A stretch of 48,414 bases of DNA from a virus (taxonomy: Duplodnaviria > Caudoviricetes). Below the pieces are notes generated by a model. It saw only the letters and a list, made by a program, of their open reading frames with translations. It ran no database searches and had not been told where the DNA came from. The DNA is taken from the IMG/VR virus record IMGVR_UViG_3300030376_003736, positions 1 through 48,414 of that record; one strand, given 5' to 3'. Shown piece by piece: positions 16,883-25,838 of the stretch. Within the stretch, counting starts at the first letter, position 1. Each line of letters begins with the position of its first letter. The translations under genes were made by a program, and so were the position numbers.

Positions 16883-19800
16883 TAAGTATAACTCCTTCCA
16901 TAGTCACCGTAGTTCATGCTGTAGCCAGCCCCTTGGGCCTTCGTCACTAAACCACCTTTCTTATAGCCTTTAAATCCGGGCCACCTTTTTTGTTTTATTA
17001 ATTCTTTAAGAGATCTAATGTCTAATGCAAAATAAGGACCTCCGGGGGAATCCTGAGTGTCTGGTACCATAGAGTAAAGAGCGTTTACATCTTCCCCTGT
17101 AATATCAGCTATTTGCTGGGCTATTTGTCTAGCAGCCTTTTGATCTTGCTTATACACACTTTCTGGTGCCCCACCATATCCTTTCGATATAACGATAACT
17201 TCGTCTAAATTTCTATCTATAGCCTCAATTACACCTGTTCTTACAGCCATTGAAGGCCAGTTTTTTGGAAATGGATAGTTGGGTACTGTAGGTGTGTCGT
17301 ATCTAGTGCGGTCGAACTCTTTCAAACGCGTTATTTCTTCTGTTGTAGGGAAACTTTCCGCTAAAAGACCTACATCTCTCACCGTAGGATATGTTTGTGC
17401 TAATAAAGGAATATACTCTTTATGTAAAGCGAGCTGTTCCTTATCATAATTTTCCCTCGCGCTATCTTGCGAGTCCGCATAGAGACTCATAGTATGTTTT
17501 TTCACGGTTTCAGCTTGTGGTTCTGTTAGAGCATCAGCTTCCAAATCATTACCCGTTTCTTTTAATTTCTTTTGTACATCGCCTATTATTGCTCCCACCC
17601 TAGACCCCAAATAACGGTCTCTTCCAGGCTTAATAGGACGAAAATCTTCTGCTTTAAGAGTTATTCCATAAAGTTCAGCGAACGGTTGCTCTGTTATGTA
17701 CAAATCCCTTAATGTTTTTGCTCTTACCTCGTCATATTTGTCGTACACTTGCTGCCATTCTTTTTTATATTTTGGAGAGACCTCTCGTAAAGCTGAATCT
17801 ATACTTCTGTCATAGCCTTTATTGGCTATAAATAGGTCGGTTTCTTGCACTGGATTTGTATCCGTCGAATCGGTAAGCACCTCAGCTATATAGTTAGCTT
17901 GCTTGAGTCCCATAGTTTCTGTTAACGGAGGACTATCCTCTGATCTAGTTTCGTTAGCGACAATTTCCCCTGCAAGCTTACGAGTCGCTTTCCTCATTGT
18001 GTCTATTTTATTTCTGATCGGTGTAATATCGGCTTCGTCTTCTCTTGATACGTCACGTAAATAAACTTCCGTTTGACCGGGATCCCCTCCATGTTCATGT
18101 ACCTGTGATTGTGTTTCTCCAAGTACCAGACCTGTTCTTCCCGTGTTTGTGTTTTCTACTACATCTCCTCTTACCCAAAAATTAGTTCCTTGCCCATGAG
18201 GATTGTGCATCTCATCACTCATGGTGTTGTAATAAGGGCTAGTGTCACTATTGTCTGTTATAGGTATTCTGGCATCATACATAGTCCACAGTTCAACATC
18301 TTCTATATGTTCAAACATCTCAGGCAGTTGATGTTTGTGGCTACTTCCATGTCTTGTGTTCTCTCCTTCGGTCTTTATTGTTTCAAACCTACTGAGATGG
18401 TCATGAAATACATTAGCTATCTCTTCTCTTGTAACTGGTTGGTTTGCGTTTTTCTTGTCTTTTAAGAAAGAAGCTACATGTGAATCTACAGCTTCTCTTA
18501 CACGATCTGTAACAGCTTTATCACTTTTAGAAGGTTTAAACCAATTACCGTCTTCTTTTATACCTATTATATCCATGGCTTGTTCTGCACTCATAGGTCT
18601 GTTAGGAAGGTTACTTAAAAAAGGCACTAACGTAGTTGCCGACATAAACGTAGGATCAATGCCTGTTTCGATAGATGTTATACCTTGTCTTATGGATCCT
18701 TCTGGTAATTTTGGGTCGTCCGTGAAATGAAATTCTCTAGGGTTTTTAGTGTAAACATCTTCTTGTGTTCGTAGAGGTTCTGCATATTCAGCATCAAAAT
18801 CAAAACGTGGATCGCTGGTCTGTTGGATTACGTTTTCTTTTGCAGTGGCTCGGAAACGTGCATCTACAGCCTCCTCCACAGCTGAGTTAATTCGATCTCT
18901 AAGCGTGCTAGTAGTCATTGCTGCACTTCTAGGGTCGTTCAACTCAAAGTGAGCTATTAAAGTATTTTGTGCATCTAAAAGAGCGTTGTTTCTTGTGCTT
19001 GGTGCCATTTCTCTGTCGGTATCTGCTAGATAAGCATCAACACGTGTTCGCATTTGATCTTCAAATTGCTCAACAAATGTTTGTCTAACTTCAGCTTCAT
19101 TAGCGTTAAACCCATCGTCACGAATGTCCATTGTGTCAGGAATTCTATTTAAGAATTCATCCACATTTGCCTGAGTTAAATTGGTTTGTTCAACTCTGTC
19201 CCCCAACATCATCTGAGCTACTGCCGCTAAATCCGTATCCTCTGAAGTTGCTCCTCTTTGTAGCTCAGCTATTGCAGCGTCTGTCCTCGCAGTATCATCT
19301 GCTTGCATTGAAATAAGATCAGCAGTTACTTCAGCATCTGTTGGATAAACAGTTTCTTGCATTTGGTCTACAGCCGCCGCTGGAGTTGTAGAAGGAGTTC
19401 CCCCTGTAGTCTGCACTGCTTGCGCAGCAGCTATCGGTGCTTGGATTGAGGTCCCAGAACTCCAGCCAACTAGTCCTTCTCCTATGGCTGCTTTAGGATC
19501 TATTTGTAATCCAGCATCAGTTAAACCTGTGCCACCTATTTGTTCTGTAAAACCTTGACCTGCTTCCGTTACTCCTTCTCTTACTCCTGCTTTAAGAGTT
19601 TTACCTACAGTGCTATTTAAAAGACCTATGTTCTTTATGCCTATAGCATTCAACACACCAGAAAACCCAGCAGTTCCCAATGCACCTGCCCAATCTTCCG
19701 CGTTAGGTTCTTCTCTAGGAGGATTAGCATTTCTTGCTCGTTCAAAAGCTACTGGCCCAGCTATTTGTACCGCTTCAAACAATGTTGGTCCAAGAAATGC

Positions 19801-20205
19801 ACCTATAATTCCACCAGTTACAGTGCCCCCCGGTCCAACGAGTGAGCCTGCACCAGCTCCGATACCAGCTCCACCTATTCTAGAGAGTATAGAGCCTCCT
19901 AACTGTCCTGCTTGTTCTACTGTAGCTAAGGGTAATTCACTCCAATTGTAGTCGTACCACTCCCCCTCTGGGTTTATAAATCTAGCTGCTGCTGATTCAT
20001 AGTCTTCAGGGGCTTCTACGAAGTCACTTAAAGCGTCTGCTTGTGTGTCAAAACCTAACGCTCGTAAAGTTGTAGCGATATTCTCACTTGGTTGATCTAT
20101 GCCATAACGAAAGGCTTTACTAGCTTCTGATGCTTCTTTTTCAGAGCCTTGTAAATTACCCACAGCTAAGTCTGCTGCTGTGATGTCTTTACCGAATATT
20201 GCCAT
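16882..20205 (-). CDS. Large putative internal virion / polyvalent-type protein
   Basis: 1107 aa; N-terminal 250 aa homologous by eye to ORF 35652-40856; ends with YKKGGLV. Confidence 0.65.
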   Translation of the reverse strand: MAIFGKDITAADLAVGNLQGSEKEASEASKAFRYGIDQPSENIATTLRALGFDTQADALSDFVEAPEDYESAAARFINPEGEWYDYNWSELPLATVEQAGQLGGSILSRIGGAGIGAGAGSLVGPGGTVTGGIIGAFLGPTLFEAVQIAGPVAFERARNANPPREEPNAEDWAGALGTAGFSGVLNAIGIKNIGLLNSTVGKTLKAGVREGVTEAGQGFTEQIGGTGLTDAGLQIDPKAAIGEGLVGWSSGTSIQAPIAAAQAVQTTGGTPSTTPAAAVDQMQETVYPTDAEVTADLISMQADDTARTDAAIAELQRGATSEDTDLAAVAQMMLGDRVEQTNLTQANVDEFLNRIPDTMDIRDDGFNANEAEVRQTFVEQFEDQMRTRVDAYLADTDREMAPSTRNNALLDAQNTLIAHFELNDPRSAAMTTSTLRDRINSAVEEAVDARFRATAKENVIQQTSDPRFDFDAEYAEPLRTQEDVYTKNPREFHFTDDPKLPEGSIRQGITSIETGIDPTFMSATTLVPFLSNLPNRPMSAEQAMDIIGIKEDGNWFKPSKSDKAVTDRVREAVDSHVASFLKDKKNANQPVTREEIANVFHDHLSRFETIKTEGENTRHGSSHKHQLPEMFEHIEDVELWTMYDARIPITDNSDTSPYYNTMSDEMHNPHGQGTNFWVRGDVVENTNTGRTGLVLGETQSQVHEHGGDPGQTEVYLRDVSREDEADITPIRNKIDTMRKATRKLAGEIVANETRSEDSPPLTETMGLKQANYIAEVLTDSTDTNPVQETDLFIANKGYDRSIDSALREVSPKYKKEWQQVYDKYDEVRAKTLRDLYITEQPFAELYGITLKAEDFRPIKPGRDRYLGSRVGAIIGDVQKKLKETGNDLEADALTEPQAETVKKHTMSLYADSQDSARENYDKEQLALHKEYIPLLAQTYPTVRDVGLLAESFPTTEEITRLKEFDRTRYDTPTVPNYPFPKNWPSMAVRTGVIEAIDRNLDEVIVISKGYGGAPESVYKQDQKAARQIAQQIADITGEDVNALYSMVPDTQDSPGGPYFALDIRSLKELIKQKRWPGFKGYKKGGLVTKAQGAGYSMNYGDYGRSYT

Positions 20206-20209
20206 TAGT

Positions 20210-22024
20210 CTAGTTTATATTATTAGGGAAGGAAGGTGAATAAATTCTTATTTCTTCTTCTTTACCCTTAACCTTGATATTACCTATCTCTGTAGCCACC
20301 CATCCAGAAGGAAGTTGTAGCATCGTAGCCCTGGACATAATAGTTTTATTGTTTAAGTATTCTCCTCTCCCTGCTGTGGCTTCGAGTCTAGCTGCGAGGT
20401 TGACTGCATCTCCAATGACCGAGTAATCGAATCTGCTCTCAGACCCCATGTTCCCCACAATACAAGTACCTGTATTAATGCCAGTACCAACATTAATAGG
20501 AGGCAATCCCCTACTGTCATATTCTTTTTTGAGTTCATTAATTTCTTCCTCTATTTCTATCCCTGATTTGACGGCCATCTCTGCGTGGTTAGTGCATTCA
20601 ATAGGAGCATTCCAAAATGCCATGATGCAATCGCCCATGTACTTGTCAATCGTACCCCCATTAGCCAAGATAATATTGGTCATCGTATTTAAGAACTCAT
20701 TAACTAATAATACTAATCCTTCTGGATCGTCATTGTTTTTGTAGTGCTCAGAAATAGGAGTGAATCCACATATATCCATGAAAAGGAAGGTCATCTCTCT
20801 TCTTTCTCCACCTAACTTTAAAAGTTCGGGGTTCTTTTGGAGTATGGCCACCTGTCTAGGATCTAAATAAGTTTCAAATTGCTTCTTGATCTGTTGTCTA
20901 AGTTTATATTGTTCCCGGAAGCGTAGATAAAAAGCCACCGTTGCAGTTATAAACTCAGATATAAAGGTCCATGTAACATCGACCAACATTCCTTGCTGTG
21001 CTGTCCAATAGCCATAAAACCCCGTAGAGAGCATAAAGATAGAGGCGTATGCTATTCCGAGGGTTATACCTAAATAGTTCAATAGCATCCACATAACGAC
21101 GATAGAAGCCAATAATAATGTTACCTCTAAAGCTAATGCGTAATCTGGTATGTAAGGACTGTCCTCTATTAAAATACTTTCTGCTAAAGCTGCTTGTATA
21201 TGATGTGGATTCATTAGCCCAACTGGTGTGGACAACTGAGGCATAACTCCGTTAGCCGTCACCCCTACAATAACGAACTTATCTTTAACATTCATTTCTT
21301 GTAGTGTTGTAGAAGGTGTATCTACCCATGAGATCCACTTACGTCCAAAAGAATCAACAGATACAGGTGGAATTCCCTTTACTCTTATTTGCTCTATCCC
21401 ATTTTCATTTGTCTTAATAACATAGGTGTCTGCCCCGGATAATACTTTTAATATCTGGGTTCCAAATGCAGGGGTCCAGCCATCAGGAGTACGCATTAAT
21501 AAAGGTAGTCTTCTTGTTAAGCCATCAACATCTATGGGGGCAGATGATATTCCTTGATAAGCGTTATCCCTTAACATTTTAATATTCTCTGTAGCCCCTT
21601 GAAGCATGACACCACCTATGTCATCTCCCAATATCACTGTCCCGGTTGTTGCAGGGTACTCTTTATTATTAGTTTCAAACATAGCTATCACACTAGGGTA
21701 TAAGCCAAGTACACTGGCGAACTCCTCATCTCCACCAAATCTATCTGGTTCACTAAAAGCTATTACATAACCTACACCCATAGCCCCACTATGTAATAAG
21801 TCCATGTGGATCTCTGCTAATCTCTTTCTAGGGAAAGGCCACCCACCTTCTTGCTGTACGTCCTCTTCAGTTATATCTAAAGTTACGAATAAACCAGAAG
21901 GTTCTTGGTCCTTGATCCATGAATCAAATACCTTTAACTTTAGTATTTCAAGAGGTGTCCAACTTAAAACTAACGGTAAGGCTAATAACACCATTAGTCC
22001 CGGTAGGGTTAAGCGTTTAATCAT
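20210..22024 (-). CDS. CHASE2 - transmembrane - class III adenylate/guanylate cyclase
   Basis: N-terminal TM; CHASE2 motifs LDI.E...GGWPFPR, FSEPDR, DVDGLTRRLPL, VIVGVTA; about 3 TM; FETYLDP; catalytic FMDICGFT, DKYMGDC, GINTG...GNMGS, IGDAVNLAARLE, VKGK. Confidence 0.93.
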   Translation of the reverse strand: MIKRLTLPGLMVLLALPLVLSWTPLEILKLKVFDSWIKDQEPSGLFVTLDITEEDVQQEGGWPFPRKRLAEIHMDLLHSGAMGVGYVIAFSEPDRFGGDEEFASVLGLYPSVIAMFETNNKEYPATTGTVILGDDIGGVMLQGATENIKMLRDNAYQGISSAPIDVDGLTRRLPLLMRTPDGWTPAFGTQILKVLSGADTYVIKTNENGIEQIRVKGIPPVSVDSFGRKWISWVDTPSTTLQEMNVKDKFVIVGVTANGVMPQLSTPVGLMNPHHIQAALAESILIEDSPYIPDYALALEVTLLLASIVVMWMLLNYLGITLGIAYASIFMLSTGFYGYWTAQQGMLVDVTWTFISEFITATVAFYLRFREQYKLRQQIKKQFETYLDPRQVAILQKNPELLKLGGERREMTFLFMDICGFTPISEHYKNNDDPEGLVLLVNEFLNTMTNIILANGGTIDKYMGDCIMAFWNAPIECTNHAEMAVKSGIEIEEEINELKKEYDSRGLPPINVGTGINTGTCIVGNMGSESRFDYSVIGDAVNLAARLEATAGRGEYLNNKTIMSRATMLQLPSGWVATEIGNIKVKGKEEEIRIYSPSFPNNIN

Positions 22025-22799
22025 ATTGAGTTATAGTCACTGTCTTTGTGCAATTGGTTACGCAGTTGTAGGTCGCTGTGAAAGATTTATCGGTAGCTCC
22101 GCTTTGAGTTACGGCTACGTTGTAGTCGTCTTTATAGAAATTAAGCCTGGCAGTATGATCCCCCGATCCTGATTGAGTTATTGAGGCTGTTCCGTCGTCC
22201 GCATCGGAATACCAGAATATGTCAGCGTCATGGTCGCCTGACCCTGACTGAGTGATAGTGCTAGTGTTACCGTCAGCACGATTATAATTATAAATATATC
22301 CATTGTGCTGTCCTGTACCCGACTGCGTAATAGTGCTAGTCGCGTCATCACCGAACGCAAGGATTTTAGCGTACTTGTTATTACCCGTTTGAGTAATCGT
22401 ATAGGACGTATCGTCCCCCGCCATAAGTATCTCCCCATGATTACTATCCCCGTTTTGCGTTATCGTTCCACTGTTATCATCCTGATCTAAATCTAGATAA
22501 CCATAATTATTATCTCCTGTCTGGGTAATTGTAAAGTTATTATCAGAATGATTAGACCATTGAGAATACGCCTTCGTTGTATTTCCTGACCCTGTAGTCG
22601 TTAGATTGATAGTAGCTCTAGTGCAAGTATGGGTTTGGTACACTCCGTTGCTTAGACCACAATAGACCGTAGCGTTGTTGGTGTAGCCTACTTGTTTGAT
22701 ATTAATGATGGAGTCATCGCCTTTCTGTTGAATAGTAATTGCATTGTTTCCAGCAACTAAGGGAAAACTAATCAGACTGATTAATAATAATCGTACCAT
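22017..22799 (-). CDS. Secreted curlin-repeat protein (CsgA/CsgB-like)
   Basis: Signal peptide then repeated ITQxG..N/H units spaced about 22-26 aa; Thr/Asn/Gly/Asp-rich; in an operon with csgF/csgG. Confidence 0.8.
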   Translation of the reverse strand: MVRLLLISLISFPLVAGNNAITIQQKGDDSIINIKQVGYTNNATVYCGLSNGVYQTHTCTRATINLTTTGSGNTTKAYSQWSNHSDNNFTITQTGDNNYGYLDLDQDDNSGTITQNGDSNHGEILMAGDDTSYTITQTGNNKYAKILAFGDDATSTITQSGTGQHNGYIYNYNRADGNTSTITQSGSGDHDADIFWYSDADDGTASITQSGSGDHTARLNFYKDDYNVAVTQSGATDKSFTATYNCVTNCTKTVTITQYD

Positions 22800-23832
22800 T
22801 TCCTCCTCCGTTCACTGTTATATTTATAAACTTCCCAGCAGATAATATCTGTACATTATAAGCACTACTTTTTTCAATTTGTAAATCTATTGTGTTTTCT
22901 ACACTTCTAAAGAATGTAAGCATCTCTCCATCAACATAAGAATACACCTGTGCCTTAGCGTCATACCCGGCAGATATTCCCTCTATAGTCACATCACCTA
23001 TCTTTGATACTTCGTCCTCTCCTTCTATGAAAGCTAATAAATCTATTAAGAAATCTACGTTTAATAAATCTATAGATAGCCTATCTATTTCAAGTTCATC
23101 TTCTTCTAATTCATCTTCATCAAAGTTTTCTTCTAAGAAGTCTACGTCCAAGACATTAGAGCTCTTAGCATTCTGATCTTCTACCGCTTCTTGTACTTCA
23201 TCAGGAGGGTTAACAATTAATAAGTTATTAATTAAACCCAAAGTCATATTAACCAATGTAACAGGCCTAGTGGGTGGTGCTTCAGAAACACTAACCATAG
23301 TTGCTTGAAAAGGTTTATTAAGAACTTCTACTCCTGCTGCGGTTTCTACGGTGATTTCTCCTGAGCTCGTACCATCTTCATCAGGCAAGAGAATAATAAG
23401 GGACCTTCCTATTTCATCTACTGTTGTGGTGAAGTCTGTTCCTCTGATAGCTATATTAGCTGAAGGTGTTCTGATAGAGATGTTCTCTTTATTTATTCTA
23501 CCTAACTTCCCTGTGATGAATCTTGCTGTGCCCCCAGCCATGCGTAGAGCTAATTTACTCTTGGCTGGGTTAGGATCGTAGATATATTCATCCACTATTA
23601 TCTTTGAGTGTTCTGTTAGTTTCAGAACAGAATCATCTAAGAAGGTAAGAGCCATACGACCATTACCTGTTCTTACATCGTCATTACTAAAGATACCTAA
23701 AGCCAATTCAGCTAAAAGCTTATCCCCATTCGTACTGCGTAATATCTCTCCATTCCCACGTAGTTCAGAGATCTCTCCAATCTCTGCATACAGGGGAACA
23801 GATAATAAGGCTACTAACAGCCAGTAGTGCAT
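22768..23832 (-). CDS. Periplasmic FecR-domain protein
   Basis: Signal peptide; IG.ISELRG, D.VRTG.GR..LTFLDDS.LKL.EHS, IRTPSANIAIRGTDF; acidic linker and beta-rich C-terminus. Confidence 0.85.
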   Translation of the reverse strand: MHYWLLVALLSVPLYAEIGEISELRGNGEILRSTNGDKLLAELALGIFSNDDVRTGNGRMALTFLDDSVLKLTEHSKIIVDEYIYDPNPAKSKLALRMAGGTARFITGKLGRINKENISIRTPSANIAIRGTDFTTTVDEIGRSLIILLPDEDGTSSGEITVETAAGVEVLNKPFQATMVSVSEAPPTRPVTLVNMTLGLINNLLIVNPPDEVQEAVEDQNAKSSNVLDVDFLEENFDEDELEEDELEIDRLSIDLLNVDFLIDLLAFIEGEDEVSKIGDVTIEGISAGYDAKAQVYSYVDGEMLTFFRSVENTIDLQIEKSSAYNVQILSAGKFINITVNGGGNGTIIINQSD

Positions 23833-24500
23833 TGGTCTATATTAATAGTACCGCTTGTTGAAGCTGCAACTAAATTTATAGTGTCCGTTACACCTGATGC
23901 ACTTGTTGTTTGGTCAATATCGACATTATTACTATCCCCAGTAAGACTGACTGTTATGCTCTTGTCGTCAGTCCCAATCTGAGTTACATCAATGTCATTG
24001 CTGTTGCCGTCTATTGTCCAGTTATTAACTGCACCTATAACTTCACTTCGGATATTTAGATCATTAGTGTTACCAGTTATAACCGCATCAAAGTTTCCGC
24101 CTGTGGCTGTACTTGAACTACCTTGTAACCAAGTCAATACGTTAGTATTACCTGTAGCACTATAGTCAAAGTCAGAACTTGTCACAGCACCACCGCCACC
24201 AGCGGTTATTGTTGACGTATTCGAGTCTCCGATTTGGTACATAGTCCAACTAGAACTTGCTGCTTGAGCAATTGCATTAGCTAAAGTATTAGTATTACCC
24301 TGTTGTTTAATGTCAGCCGTTATTGATGCACCTGCAAAGGTAGACCTTGTACTCGACGTACCAACCTTGTTCGTGTTTCCGATTTGGTCAATAGTCAGAC
24401 TAAAAGCCCCACCGCCGCTTTGGGTTAGATATATATCATTGTCCCCTGCTGTTACAGAGGCCACAAAACAAACCAACAATATTTTTAATAGATTTTTCAT
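23814..24500 (-). CDS. Secreted curlin-repeat protein (CsgA/CsgB-like; start probably 24500)
   Basis: Signal peptide then repeats such as IDQIGNTN, IKQQGNTN, YQIGDSN, ITGNTN, IDGNSN, LTGDSN; directly downstream of csgG. Confidence 0.78.
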   Translation of the reverse strand: MKNLLKILLVCFVASVTAGDNDIYLTQSGGGAFSLTIDQIGNTNKVGTSSTRSTFAGASITADIKQQGNTNTLANAIAQAASSSWTMYQIGDSNTSTITAGGGGAVTSSDFDYSATGNTNVLTWLQGSSSTATGGNFDAVITGNTNDLNIRSEVIGAVNNWTIDGNSNDIDVTQIGTDDKSITVSLTGDSNNVDIDQTTSASGVTDTINLVAASTSGTINIDQCTTGC

Positions 24501-24501
24501 T

Positions 24502-25332
24502 TTACTCCTCACTTATTAATGAATAATCAAAGTCCCATAATTGTTTTTCAAGACCTTCTTTAACTAGTGTATAAACTGCGGTCTCGATAGCAGCCCTAGT
24601 TGCATAGCCTGTAGCTTCTGTTCGTGTGTACCCGGTCTCTACTTCTACTAATTCGGTGTTACCAACTTCTGTAAATCTAAAAACATCTCTACTTACACCT
24701 GCACTCAGTATAGTCTTACTAACTGTAGTGTTTAGCATAACTTCTCCTGTTTGAACTAAAACAGCTCGTAAGGATACAGTTACGTCGTCTACCCGGTATT
24801 GATTAGTATTACCAATACCTAAGTATCTAGCTCCGTTTCCTCCTGTCCTTATATCGGACTCATAGGAAACGATTCCTCCTTCTAAGATTATACCTGCAAA
24901 CAGTATAGGTTTTAAAGTATTTCCTTTCTCTCCGTCATAAGTTTGTCTGGTACTCTTAATTAATTGTCTTTCTTTTGTTAAATGGTCTAATCCACTACGC
25001 TCTACTACAACAAACCACTCCCCTTTACCTGCATTTCTTAAAGCTTCAATTAGATAATTATCTGCTCCTTGGGTCACTGCCGTTGAGAATAAAGCCATCT
25101 TATTTGAAGGCTTACGTTGACCAGTTAAATCTTTAAACTCATATACAGCTACTACTGCTTTTTGATTCGGTTTAGGTAAATCTAAAAGTTTTTGTAAAGT
25201 TACTCTTTCTACTCTGGCATCTTCCGGGCAAGTAAGCCCAACAATAAGGCAGTTCTCGGCTCTAGGAGGGGCGAACGAAGCGCAACCTGTAAGAACCCCT
25301 ATTAGAACTAAACACCACAGTCTGACGTACAT
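24502..25332 (-). CDS. csgG: Curli secretion outer-membrane channel CsgG
   Basis: Lipobox LTGC; VAVYEFKDLTGQRKP, FSTAVTQGA, WFVVVER.GL..LTKERQLI, EGGIVSYES...GGNGARYLGIG...QYR.D.VTVSLRAV, SKTILS. Confidence 0.95.
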   Translation of the reverse strand: MYVRLWCLVLIGVLTGCASFAPPRAENCLIVGLTCPEDARVERVTLQKLLDLPKPNQKAVVAVYEFKDLTGQRKPSNKMALFSTAVTQGADNYLIEALRNAGKGEWFVVVERSGLDHLTKERQLIKSTRQTYDGEKGNTLKPILFAGIILEGGIVSYESDIRTGGNGARYLGIGNTNQYRVDDVTVSLRAVLVQTGEVMLNTTVSKTILSAGVSRDVFRFTEVGNTELVEVETGYTRTEATGYATRAAIETAVYTLVKEGLEKQLWDFDYSLISEE

Positions 25333-25838
25333 ATTCCAAAAATCCCAATTGGGATTACAATCTCAGTTATTGAGCCATCTTCTGCTATAACAGTTAGGGT
25401 TATGTATTCTCCATCATTGGAGAATGATATTTGATTACCTTCTAGTTCTATTGTTCCACCTGTTCCGCCGTCTTCATCAAAAAGCATATCTGAAATATCT
25501 CTAGATAGGTTACTGAAGATACGGCTTTGTAGGTTGTTTAAGAATTTATTAAGTGTGCTGTTCTCTATTTCTCTTTCTATCTCTTCCAGTTCTGATTGGA
25601 TCTTCTCTGCTAATTCATCTCTACGCTTAGTCTCTTGTTCATCTATGGTTAGATAATGTGCTGAAGCCCCTACACCACTAAAGCTAGGATTTTTAAATTC
25701 GTGGACCAACGGAGAAGACGAAACCTTCCCAGTATATAAAGATACAATCACCATGACAGCTACAGTGATGAGGATAGATACTATAAATAGTATTTCTCCA
25801 TGATTATCTTTATGCTTTTTAGTCTTTCCTTTGGTCAT
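25308..25838 (-). CDS. csgF: Curli assembly protein CsgF-like
   Basis: Hydrophobic leader then LVHEFKNPSFSG (CsgF N-terminal F.NP.F.G), F..NLQSRI...LS, terminal ITEIVIP; immediately upstream of csgG. Confidence 0.85.
   Translation of the reverse strand: MTKGKTKKHKDNHGEILFIVSILITVAVMVIVSLYTGKVSSSPLVHEFKNPSFSGVGASAHYLTIDEQETKRRDELAEKIQSELEEIEREIENSTLNKFLNNLQSRIFSNLSRDISDMLFDEDGGTGGTIELEGNQISFSNDGEYITLTVIAEDGSITEIVIPIGIFGICTSDCGV

Noticed and set aside
20210-22024. Pycsar/CBASS-type defence cyclase
   Set aside because: The architecture is a CHASE2 membrane receptor cyclase with Lys at the purine-specificity site, and no cNMP-binding TIR/TM effector is adjacent.
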